From assembly GCA_048128005.1 (NCBI GenBank), contig JBEUKZ010000058.1, positions 248,001 through 312,000 of the forward strand: a stretch of 64,000 nt of DNA. Direction: 5' to 3'. This stretch comes from Veleropilina oligotropha. Lineage: Eukaryota. Below are positions 36,487 to 48,945 of the stretch, piece by piece; the stretch's first letter is position 1, and each line of letters begins with the position of its first letter. The notes beneath the pieces were generated by a model that saw nothing but the letters and a program-made list of their open reading frames with translations, had not been told where the DNA came from and ran no database searches. The translations under genes were made by a program, and so were the position numbers.

Positions 36487-37985
36487 TGAAAGATTTATAT
36501 AGCGCAAGATCATTAAAAGGATTCTAGCACTTTGCGCTTTACAAATGATTGGATCAGAACACTTAAACAGACAATGATAAACAATATACATTTACAAGTC
36601 ATACATATTTTATAGGGTTTTTATAGCTGCTGACTGGACACAATTAAGGAAAAATGTTGATAGATACGAGATTTTCAGTTTATGAGAAATGTTTCCGGAA
36701 CAAGTGTGTTTTGAGAGATCTTTTGAAAGTTGCATTGTCTTCGATGTAGCGAATAACAACAGGAAGTGAGTTCCATTGGCTTGGAGCAGCAAATGAAAAA
36801 CAACGTTCTCCAAGAGATTTCGTTTTCATGCCAGGAATGCAAAGAATACGAGTGTCTAAAGAAGAACGGAGAGACCTTCCTGGGGAATACACCGAGATTA
36901 GATCTGATAGATATTGAGGTAGTAATTGATCGAAGTAAGCATGGCATAGAGTTGATAATTTATAATCTATTCTTTGACATTATCGCGCTCCCGAGATTTT
37001 AGAACTAGTCTAGCGGCAGAGTTTTGAATCTTTGGAAGTTTTCAATTATGTGCTTTGGACCATTAGCCAAGAGAAAATTGCAATAGTCCAGTTTAGAGAG
37101 AACAAATGCACATACAAATGTTTTTGTTGCTTCAGTTGATAGAAAGTGCCGGATAGAACTCAGGCGACGAAGTTCGTGGAAAGCCGACTTACATATACTA
37201 GATACATGTTTATCTAGGGAGCAATCGTCTGAAAACATGACGCCAAAATAATGTCGGAATCGCCAACTTGAATGGACGCTGGAAATGGGTCAGGGCATCT
37301 GTTTTATCATTATTCAGTTTAAGTTTGTGTCGTGTCATCCACAATTTCACATCACTAATGCAGGTCTGCATGCCATGGATTGTCGGGTATATAATGTCCT
37401 TATGGCACGACTTAAGCAGTTGGGTGTCATCAGCAAACGACTGACTGTGAATGTTATGACTCTTGATTAAATTTGATAGCGGCTTTGTATACAATACAAA
37501 CAGCACAGGGCCCAGAATAGATCCTTGTGGAATCCCAAAGCAGAGTGAAACAGACTTTGAGGAATGGCCGCCGACAAGGACAGTCTGTGTTCTGTCTGAG
37601 AGGTAGGACCGAAACCAAGCAAGAGCGGTGTCCGAAATGCCATAATGTGTTTGCATCTATTAAGGAGGATTGTGTGATATATGGTATCGAATGCCGCAGA
37701 TAGATCCAGAAGAGTTATGACTGACACATCACGTTCATCCAGTGCTGACATAATATAATTTCCGACTTTGAGCAAAGCCGTCTCGGTACTGTAATATGGG
37801 TGATAAGCTGATTGCTCTGGAATGAGAAGGTTGTATGAGTTCAGATACGTAAAGATTTGTTTAAGGACAATTTTCTCAATAATCTTCGAGAAAAAAGACA
37901 AGTTTGATGATACTGGTCGGTAATTTTTCATATTTTCTTGATCCAGTGAGGGTTTTTTAAGTTTAGGTTTTACTATGGCCTTTTT
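36487..37985 (-). pseudogene. 5'-truncated L2-like LINE, degenerate copy
   Basis: NYRPVS, DLSAAFDTI, GIPQGSILGP, FADDTQL and SKLDYCN, with frameshifts and deletions; highly similar to 38697-40005. Confidence 0.88.
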
Positions 37986-38696
37986 GTTAACGCCGGAGCG
38001 GGAGGCGAAGCCACATCCCTTCGTCCAATTTATTAACTTTTTCCGATGCTAGTTGACCTATCAAGGACAGTTAGGATTCGGATGTAAGAACGGTGTCAAT
38101 TTTAACTGGTCCAGGAGTAACCTTCATTGTATCACTTACAAAGTGATTGGGTGGGGTAAACACAATGCCATGGAAGGCGTCGTTTGAAAGGTTGCTGGTC
38201 TTCTTGTGTTCTAAATTGTCCACATCCCCAGTTGTGATGACATCTGATCGCATATTGGTAAGCAAAACAACACCATCTTCTTCAATCCTCTAACAAACGC
38301 TTTTCGCGTTAACTGCAATCACGAAAACAATGTCATAATCGAATTCCTCATCCTTGAAAACCCTGAAATGGAGGTATTCATTATTAATCTATGAAAGTAA
38401 TGGAATTCCGTCTTTCGGGTGGTGGCCATATTGCGAATTTATATATACTTTTTAGACCATGAAATGGTGACTTGACATATTGTCATGTGTGGGTCTGCAG
38501 TTTGCATGCGACCTAACGATCCTTTGTTATTGCTCGAGACATTCGAATGGTGGTCGAACGGACAGTGTGCATTGCGCCAACACCAAATGGTATCTCTTCA
38601 ATTATGTCTAAATCACCCCAACGGATGTGTGACAATGTAGTATGGCTGAATTGCATATGGGAGTAATATGATTCACTTATCAACGCTCTTGCACTT

Positions 38697-40005
38697 AATA
38701 ATAATAATAATAATGAGTGATTTATATAGCGCAAGATCAGGAAAAGGATTCTAGCACTTTGCGCTTTACAATGATTGAATCAGAACACTTAAACAGACAA
38801 TGATAAACAATATACATTTACAAGACATACATATTTTATATCCGACTTGACACAATTAACGAAAAAGTTGATAGATGCGAGATTTTCAGTTTAAGAGAAA
38901 TGTTTCCGGAACAAGTGTGTTTTGAGAGATCTTTTGAAAGTTGCTTTGTCTTCGATGTAACGAATAACAACAGGAAGTGAGTTCCATTGGCATGGAGCAG
39001 CAAATGAAAAACAACGTTCTCCGAGAGATTTCGTTTTCATGCCAGGAATGCAAAGAATACGAGTGTCTAAAGAAGAACGAAGAGACCTTGCTGGGGAATA
39101 CACCGAGAGTAGATCTGACAGATATTGAGGTAGTGATTGATCGAAGTAAGCATGGCACAGAGTTGATAATTTATAATCTATTCTTGCCTGAACTGGAAGC
39201 CAGTGAAGAGAGTGGAGCAGGGGCATGACATTATCGTGCTTCCGAGCTTTTAGAATTAGTCTAGCGGCAGAGTTTTGAATCTTTTGAAGTTTTTCAATTA
39301 TGTACTTTGGACAATTAGCCAAGAGAGAATTGCAATAGTCCAGTTTAGAGAGAACAAATGCACATACAAATGTTTTAGTTGCTTCAGTTGATAGAAAGTG
39401 CCGGATTGAACTCAGGCGACGAAGTTCGAGGAAAGCCGACTTACATATACTAGATACATGTTTGTCTAGGGAGCAATCGTCTGAAAACATGACGCCAAGA
39501 TTTCTTACGGTTGTCGCAAAAATTATGTCAGAATCTCCAACTTGAATGGACGCTGGAAATGGATCAGGAAGATGACATCGTTTTGTCTTAAATAATACGG
39601 CATCAGTTTTCTCATTATTCAGTTTAAGTTTGTTTCGTGTCATCCACAATTTCACATCACTAATGCAGGTCTGCATGCCATGGATTGTCGGATATATCAT
39701 GTCCTTATGGCACGACTTAAGCAGTTGGGTGTCATCAGCAAACGACTGACTGTGAATGTTATGACTCTTGATTAAATTTGATAGCGGCTTTGTATACAAC
39801 ACAAAGAGCACAGGACCCAGAACAGATCCTTGTGGAACCCCGAAGCAGAGTGGCACAGACTTTGAGGAATGGTCGCCGACAAGGACAGTCTGTGTTCTGT
39901 CTGAGAGGTAGGACCGAAACCAAGCAAGAGCGGTGCCCGAAATTCCGTAATATGTTTGCAATCTATTAAGGAGGATTGTGTGATCTATGGTATCGAATGC
40001 AGCAG
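38697..40005 (-). pseudogene. 5'-truncated L2-like LINE (RT C-terminal ORF 38891-39961 open)
   Basis: GVPQGSVLGP, FADDTQL, SKLDYCNSLL, LHWLPVQARIDYK, FKRSLKTHLF; 3' tail gcgctatataaat...(att)n. Confidence 0.92.
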
Positions 40006-40749
40006 ATTCCAGCTCAAGTAGAATCGAATACGAAAGCGGTTGATCATTGAGATAATTTCAACATTGCCAATAAGTTGCCTCAATGTTATCCCAAGTACCA
40101 GATGCTTCGGCATTGCCCTTCTTCTCTTTGTAACATTTGTGCACAGGTCTTGCGACAAAGACAACACAAATATCTCATTTCTCATCAGTTAGCACATGAG
40201 AGGTGAAATCTTTAAGACATGACGAATGATTAATTATATCACTCTGTAAGCACCCTAGATATGATCGCCATGACATTTTGGGGAATTCATTGTGGGCACG
40301 TGACAATCTTGAGATGCTTCCTGTAACATCTTTGACTTGGAGACCGGATTTCAAAAGCGTAACGCACTGCATAACCCGTTGGGACTATAGATGAATATAC
40401 ATGATCACTTAAATTATATCGTTAGGTTGCCAGACTTGAATATGACTTTCAAGCTGCATTATAGGCTTGGTGACTATTTTCAAGTGTAAAATATAAGTGG
40501 CGTTCTCATAACATTGACATCCACTTGTACAGTTGACCATGCCGAAATCTGGATCATGCCATATAGAAAACCATCTGCTCGGATAGCGACATTCAACTGA
40601 GTTCCCGCCTGCTATGTGATTTGGTATTTAAGAGTTCACAATATGTTCGGTACATAAATCAATTTCACATTGCATCGCCAATCACAGCAAAGGGATATTT
40701 CGTTTCAACTAGACGCCGAATTGTATCTTTTTAAATTTATATCAATATA

Positions 40750-41505
40750 CAGGGGCGGATTCAGGATTTTGAGAAGGAGGCGTGGTCCAAATTATCAAAT
40801 ATACTATCAACTGTTCTCACGGGGGGCGGGCCCCACGCGAAAGAAATTTTGACAATCAACAGCCTGAAACCTCCTCTCCTGCACTCTGACAGGGTAAAAG
40901 CGTTTTTTCTTACGAACATTTGTGAACCATTTTCACTAAAATGTATGAGTTACTCCGTATTTTTTTCCTTTTTTCATAATCTAACACATGCATTTCTGCT
41001 TTCAAACGTGGGGTCCAGACCGTCTGTATAAACAGAAAATTCTCAACAAAACGCTGTGAAACTCGATCGATCCCCTCCTGCATTTGACAGTAAAATGTAT
41101 AAAGAAATTTTTCGTTTTTTCACATTCAATTTATTAATTTTCTAGAGGGAGGGGGGGACCGCATAGACCCCAGAAAATGCTGATAATTAAAGATGTGAAC
41201 CCCTCTCCTGCATTCAGCCAGTGCAAACGCGATATTTCTTACAAACATTTATGAACCGTTTTCATTAAAATGTTTGAGTAAACATTTCGGGGTTTTTCGC
41301 AATGAAACCTTCTGATTGTCAGAAAATTTTGACAATTAACGGTGTGAAACCCCCTCATATGCATCTTGACAGTACAAACACGATATTTCGCACCAGCATC
41401 TATGAACCGTTTTCACTAAAATGTGTAAGTATTTATTTCGTTTTATGTCTCATTCAAACATGCATTTTTGATTTTCTGTGGTCTGTATCCCTAGATCCGC
41501 TAGTG
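40750..41505. mobile_element. Non-autonomous TIR element with 5-bp TSD
   Basis: caggggcggattcagg / ccctagatccgctagtg imperfect TIR, ATATA on both sides, internal diverged repeats (ctcctgca..., gaaccgttttca). Confidence 0.6.
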
Positions 41506-42296
41506 ATATACCACCAATGAACTTAATTAAATCATGTTGTTATATACCGATCATTGAGCAACCAATATTGAAGGGAAACATTGTAAATGTGACCAGTTAC
41601 ATCACCAATCTTTTGATTGGTCGTATATGTTTTTGCAATACCTAAGATAAATGGATCACATTTTGAGTAGTTGGGGTTCCATACTTCAAAGACCCCTCAC
41701 AGCCGCACCCACCAATGCTCAGCTTGCAGACAACCTAATTATGATAGGGAAATGGCCAAAGATTATGAAAATAATCATACTCAAAAATCCCCAGGGGGAA
41801 GGGGGGTCTATGGTGGGCCCACGGTCTAATGTTAGGAGGATGAACTGATATCGGCATATAGTAACACGAAGGCCAATCATACGTCCTCGACTGAACGGGC
41901 AGTGCGAACAGGATGGCATAAGGTGGTGCAACGCCATTGGTCAATGGAACATGAAATGATAACCTGGACGATAGTACAATGGTCTGATGAAGGTCGGTTC
42001 CTCCTGCACAATTACTGGCGGTCGTAGACGGGTATAAAGGCGCAGGGACATGGCGAATATACAATGGAACATTTTCTGAAGCACTGTTTGTTTTGATAGA
42101 TGATCCATTATAGTCTGATGATGCATACCATGTGATTATAAGCTGGATCTTGTGACTGTACCTGGGACTTTAAGCCTTCAGCGATACCATTTTGGATAGC
42201 GTTTTAACAATCATACACTTGAGAGTCACCCAGTGTTCATGGGTGGCAATGCTAGACTTCATGAAGGCAGAGCAGGGCGACCTGCAAGTACTGAAC

Positions 42297-42995
42297 AGCA
42301 CAAGGAACGCAAGTCCCAAAGATTAGGAAATGTCGCAATAGTAACTATCCACACACCCTCAAATATCATGGTAAACGACTTGATGATCCCATAGAAGTAA
42401 TGTCGTGCAGTGTATAGTTGTGTATGGGGATTATGTTTTACGCCCTTATGTCGTTCCCATGTTTGCTGCCCATCCTCAAATGCAGTTCTTCCAACAGGAC
42501 AACGCACGTCTCCATACAGCAAAGGTGTCGATGGCGTATCCGACTCGGAGCAACGTCAACTTTCTTCCATGGTCATCTCTTTCCCCGGATATGGCTCTTA
42601 TCGAACATGAATGTGACAAAATTGGGCGTCAGGTTTGATGCCGGGGGACGCCGAACACCCTTGCACAGTTGGAACAGATATTGGTGTTTGAGTGGTACCA
42701 CTGATATTCTTCCAGACACTTGTAACCTCAATCAGACGACGTTGCACCGCACGCGTGTGAGCCTAAGGGGGGCCTTCGCGATACTGAAAAGACTGTAAAT
42801 TTCACTATGGGGGTGTCAATCTTTGACGGAATGTCGTCAATTGAGAACTCTTGTAATGAATTGTTAACAAGCATTTTCTGCGCTCAAATTGACAGGTTTT
42901 TTTTATAATAAATCAGTAATATGACGAACAATCGTTTGTCTTTATTTGAAAAAATGGTCAAAATGTCGCACTTGCGTTTCTTTTGCTGTTCAGTA
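42297..42995 (+). pseudogene. Tc1/mariner transposon remnant
   Basis: FQQDNARLHTAK...WSSLSPDMALIEH (C-terminal part of the DDE domain, 42405-42638); partial TIR cagcacaaggaacgcaagt / acttgcgtttcttttgctg, ending cagTA. Confidence 0.75.
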
Positions 42996-43779
42996 TATCA
43001 ACCTGATTGAACAGATTTGGGACATATTGGGGCACACTTCAAGATGAAAGGCAAAGATTGCCACATTTGATGATCCGTCATGACGATACGACCTCACCGG
43101 TAGTAGCCGAGTGTATAGGAGTGTTGATTCTGGGTGCACTCGCTTAACTGTTCATTCTAACAGGAGTGATTTTGAATTCCCAGCTGGGAGTTCTGTGTTC
43201 AGTTACAAGCAACAGCAGAGTTCTACGACTCTATAAGGGAACGCATAATAGGATGTCTGTGCCTACTCGCTCTACTGTTTGAATTATGCTGATTGCATCT
43301 GGACTGAGGCTCGAAGAATGTACAGTGCAATAGGACCGTCTAAGGTGATGCTACGCCATTGTAACTGGAGCATGACCTGAAGGAGAGTACACCGGTCTTG
43401 TGAGAGTTTGATCCTGTTGCACGCTTGTGAATGTCTAACGTGTCCATGGGCGCGGTGTGCGCACAGCGGAACATTATTGAAATCGCTCTTGTTGATGGAC
43501 GTCTCGTGTGACTATACGCGGATTCGTGTGATGGAAAGAGACACTGAACGATCGAAGACACCATCATGGATGAGGTTGTTAGTACTGAATAATGCACTTG
43601 CGAGCCACCCTCTGTCCATGGATGTTAATTTTCCATGTCATCAAACCAGGGCAGTACTCGACCATCTGCAGCTAAATACAATATGAACATTACCGTGATC
43701 CGCAAGTACTGCTGATTTGGATCCCATTGTGTTCGTCTGAAGGATGAAACCTTCTCAGGATATGCAAGAAAAGGAAAGG

Positions 43780-44187
43780 ATCGATGCTTAATATCCTGCA
43801 CATTTACAAACATGAGGTTCAAAGCAGGACGTGTTCATATTATCGCGGGAGTCAAGTCAGGTAGCCCCGGGGAAACCCGCCCACTCCAACCAATTACGGA
43901 CAACTGCGATTCATAACTAAACAAATAATGTTGTCTCCACCGTGATTTGAACCCACTACTGTTCGTGTCAGCGGAATCAAGGCATGTTCATATTATTGTG
44001 GGAGTCAAGTCAGGTCGCCCCAGGGAAACCCGCCCTCTCTGACCAGTTAAGGAAAACTGCGATTCATAACTAAACAAATAATGTTATGTATCCACCGTGA
44101 TTCGAACCCACTACTGTTCGTGTCAGCGGAATTAAGGCAATGATTTCAGAGTCTGCAACCGAAACCACACGACTGTCTGAGCGGCCA
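43780..44187 (-). mobile_element. tRNA-derived SINE with internal tandem duplication
   Basis: Reverse-complement homolog of 16414-16990; 43833-43983 is duplicated at 43984-44138. Confidence 0.6.
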
Positions 44188-46966
44188 AAATGAAATTATT
44201 AAGAATTCACCTCTACACACAGACTGTCAACTTCTTAGTTTTCAGGCAAACAATTGCAAAACTTATTAGCTGTTACCGTAACACTGGTGTGTTGACAGCT
44301 TTCACTCAAATGAGATCCTTGAGCAGAGGTGCAATCCTAAAAAGAGCTTGTTTTCAGGCAGTTTGCAATCATCTTCACCAAATTGGATAGAGATCAAAAT
44401 AAATGATTTCAAAATGGACATTGCATCCATATTGTCGTTATGGACTATGTACAGCGGGTAAGGAAACATTATGGATGGAGCAGAGTGCATTGGTAGAACT
44501 TCTGGAGTGTGGTTTGGCTAGAATTGCACACGAGTTGCCAATGGTTGTATCAGGACTTGGTACATCGTTGGGGAATCAATGGCACCACACCCCCCAAAGT
44601 AATGTTCACCGGCATCAGGCAGTTGCACCGCTTACATGGAGGCCATACCAGTTATTGAACTGGACTCTTCTAGTGAATTGCAATTTTGATTTATGGATCA
44701 CACGTGTTCCATTTGATTTACGGATCGCACGTGTTCCATTTGATTTATGGATCGCACGTGTTCCATTTGACGTCATAAGCCTTTATCACCACATTCTCCT
44801 GTAATGTATGGTCAACATGAGACGGTTGTAAAGTTTATAGTGCGACTTAGTATATTATATAATCGATGCTTGCTAATGCTTTTCTTTACAAAGTAAAGGA
44901 TTTCTTCAGCTAGTATTTTTCTACCATATTACTAGTATTGCACAATAGTAATATTTAACAAGTGCTATCGATATAGCGGTATCCCCTGCGGTAAAGCATT
45001 TTGTCAATATATGCAAGAAATAGATTTAGTACAATGTTTTGATGGTATGGAGATTTTTGATCGAAATTGGTCTTTAATCCCCAGATCTATCAACCAGCAT
45101 ATACATGTATAAAATATATATTGAGCAGCACACATGCACTAATTGAATAACTTTGTCCAAACTTGCAAATGTAACACATTATTTGTGTTAAATTAATCAA
45201 ACTTGATATGTCCAAATACACGAATTTAATACAGTTTTGTGTTAAAATGAATGCAACATCACTGCCAGAGCAGCATGTAGCATCACAAAGTCAACCCATA
45301 TGTACTCACTGAAAAAAATTTGACCAGAAACTTGAAAAAAATTTCACAGAATATTTAAATTAAATTATAATCAATATTTATAACTGTAACAATAGCAGGT
45401 AACAACTACGAAGCATACACCAATGCATATGCTTGCAACGACATGTCTTGATCAATCAATATGCAGTAATTGAATACTTAAACCGAAAATGTTTACTAAA
45501 TTTCTATGTCAAAAACATTTTATTTTATTGTAAATTTTATTAAATATCACTTCCAGAATAGCAGGTAGTGTCAATATGGCCAACACCAAAGTATATGCAT
45601 TAAAAAAAGTGCTTGATTAAAACCTCTAAGCAATAATCGAAAAACTTTAACCTAAAAAATGCAACTAAAATTTTTATATAAAAAACATCAATTTCACAAA
45701 TTATTTATATTACATTTTGTTCAATATCACTGCTGGGCTAGCAGCTAACATCAATATAGCCAACAACAAAGCATAAGTGTGCAAAAAATGAGGTTTTTAA
45801 GTAAACCTAATATTAGTATAAAACATACTTACGTCCTTACTCTTGCCATAATAGTCATATTATCGCCAACCGGAAACAGTGAATAATGTCACATTTATGC
45901 ACTATTAAGCCAAAAACACTACGATTACCTCCCCTGCTCCACCTCTCTAAGTTCCCCCGGCGAGATCTCGCCAAGTCTCGCGAGATATCCGAGCTCGAGA
46001 TCACAAGACCTCAATTCAAAGTTCAGAACCCCAAAGGAACTTAGTAAGAGGGGAGGAATGCGAAAGCGCAGGGTGGGTAATCGTAGTAAGGACGTAAGTA
46101 TGTTTTATACTAATATTAGGTTTACTTAAAAACCTCATATGTAGTTACAAACATACTTACGTCCTTACTCTTGCCAGAATGACCTTGGATAGGTGGGTAA
46201 GAAGTTCCTTACAACAAACCCAAACAAGATTATGACTTACTTTTCACCAAATCAATCAGCATGAAGTGCCGATTGTGTCCGCTCAGAGTAGAATCTGCTG
46301 AGTATTATATTCTACTCTTACCAGGCGAGAATTTCGACCAGTGGTACCGGGAGATACGCCGTGGTGTTAGCCGGACAAGGTGAACGGAAGTGCAATCGGT
46401 CCCAGGCACGGCCGGAAGGAAGATCCTTGTAGGTCTTACGTGTCGTGGACCAGTGGCAGCCAACTGGTACTCCGGGCCATAGGCCGGTAGCCAGAGGAAG
46501 CAGTCGGATTTGTAGTCACACGGAACCTAATAGGTTGTGAAGACATTAAATCCTAAGCAAAGAATTAATAGATTAAATAATCGATATTAATAAGTAATTC
46601 GCATGACCAACTTGCGAAAAAGCTAACATGAGTACATGTTACTTAAAATAAATTTTAAGGAAGCAAATATTAATTTTTTTTCAATGTCTTGAACATCGTA
46701 TGTTCGATAACAGCATAGAACATCAATAATATTGAACCTCAAAATCCTATAAGATTTTTGCAATATAAATGTTTATTAAATTCAATGTGGACTGGCGTGT
46801 CAAAATACTCAGGTATGACATGAAAGTATCAAGATCTTAAAATGTTTTTAAGAAATGAACATACATTGAATCGCCTCATAATGTGTCTATTTCATAGAAC
46901 ATCTAGGCATGACAAATAACATTGCATCAGCACGAAGTATTTAATTGATAAATCAAGAAACAATAC

Positions 46967-47772
46967 TCACTGATTAGACGACCTTTGTCTAATAATACAT
47001 CGTTGAGCAGTTAGACTGCTCAACCCATCAGCCCCAAGGAGTAATCCCGCAGGAAATGTTTAACAAAGACATTTCTAGAAGCAACGCTGGGATGTTTAGC
47101 TGCGAATGCACGGACCTCGTGCGCGCGGACCGATACAAATAGTGCGGCCTACTTTTCACAGCGAGAGTAGTCTCTCTCTACATGTGAAAACCACCGCGAA
47201 ACAGTCGTCTTCGTAATGTCGCGGGTATAAGAAGGTAAATACGAATAAAATAGACGTAGTTTTCCCTGCCGCATATCACGGGTCCTGTCGAGGTAGTAAC
47301 GTAAGGCACGCATATGACAGTGTAGTCGGTCCACGCCGTAAGCTTGGGGATAACGATATCGGGGGCGTCTTCGTTCGGCCGTTGATTCTTGGCGAGGAAA
47401 CCCAAGATAGACGCCGCATCACCGACCCGTCTGACTGGAAACGAACGTCTCGTAGCTCTGCGGATAGACTATGAATTTCGGAACAACGCCTGCCCGACGC
47501 TAAGGCGATCAGAAAAATCCGTTTTGTGCGTTAAGTTCCTCATAGAGGCCGGGCCCATAGGCTCGTATGGGTAGAAGGAGAGAGTTAAGAATGAGAACGA
47601 TGTTTCAGGCTGGCGGCCGTATCGTACGGGTCGGAATTTGAGCTCGAAGGATCGTATAAAATCCAAAATCGCTCGGGCGCAAGATAGGCGAACACGGGCA
47701 CGGCACTCGCGACCGTTGCCCGATAGCCTTTGACGGCGGACACTGACATTCCGCGTTCAAAGAGCGACGATA
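46967..47772 (-). pseudogene. DIRS C tyrosine recombinase, C-terminal part, heavily deleted
   Basis: Fragments LGFLAKNQRP, RALRYYLDRTRD, TKTTVSRW, VRAHEVR and TAQRCII, homologous to the YR of copy A. Confidence 0.85.
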
Positions 47773-48945
47773 AAAGGAGGATTAAGAGTAATCCCCTTGT
47801 ATCTATAATAATATACTTACGTCCTTACTAATGCCATAATAAGCCTATTATCGCTAAATCCGGACAAGGTGGAAATGGTAATTTCGCACTTTTTAGTAAA
47901 TTTAACCCAGTTGACCCACTGACCTGCTCGACCTCCTCAAGTTCATGCTTAATAAAGAGCTCGCCAACTCCCGCAAGATCCTCGTGACCAAAAGGTCATG
48001 ACCTCATCCAAAGTTTTAGCAAACCCCAAGGCAAAGAACTTATATAAGAGGGGAGGTGCGAAGCAGGGTGGGCCAAGTGGGTAAGGACGTAAGTATATTA
48101 TTATAGATACAAGGGGATCCTCCTATCTATATCAAATATACTTACGTCCTTACTAATGCCAAGAATAACTTTGGTTGGCGGAGTTATAAGTTCCATACAC
48201 CAAAATTAAAACTTACTTGTTACCAGAAGACGACGCTTTTAGCGTTGAGATAGAGTCCGTTCAGAGTGGATTTTACTGAGCATCAAATCTACTCTTATCC
48301 CGGGGTGAGATTTCGACCAAGAAATCTGGGAAAACACGCCAGGGATTTAGTCGGACAGGTAACACGAAAGTGCATGTAGCTCCGGACACCGTGCGGAAGG
48401 TATACCTTGAGGCACTCGTGTCATGGGCAAAAACAGTGATCTGAATATTCCGGACTCAAAGGTCGGCAGACAGAAAACTGCAAGACGTGGTTTTTAGAGG
48501 CACCCGAACCTAGGCAGGTTTATTGTGCTATAAAACCGTGACAATTATTAATAGATTGAAGAATTTAACTTCATCTTGAAATAATAAAATTTTGCACGTC
48601 CATCTTGCAAAATGTCAACATGATAACATGTTACTTAAATAATTTTAAGTAGAGAATAATATTAAAATTTTCCAATGTAAGAACATTGAAATGTTCTGTG
48701 ACAGCAAGTAGAACATTTTAAAAATAATATTATTTACAAAAAACATTTTTAAGATTTCGTAATATAAATGTTTGCATCCAATGTGAGCATTAGTTTCAAA
48801 TTAACTCAGTTTGAATAGATAATTTCAATTTCTTAATAGTTTAAGAAAGAAATAACATTGGAGTAAATTCTAAGGGTGTTTACAATGTACACAAATAGAA
48901 TTACATTACATTACCTCAGTTTCCTGGTACTATTCATTATACCAT

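Noticed and set aside
46300..46375. Twister or hammerhead ribozyme on the DIRS sense strand (cuaacac...ccggu; gucgaaa)
   Set aside because: The twister pseudoknot partners and the hammerhead CUGANGA core are missing; kept only as an unclassified structure.
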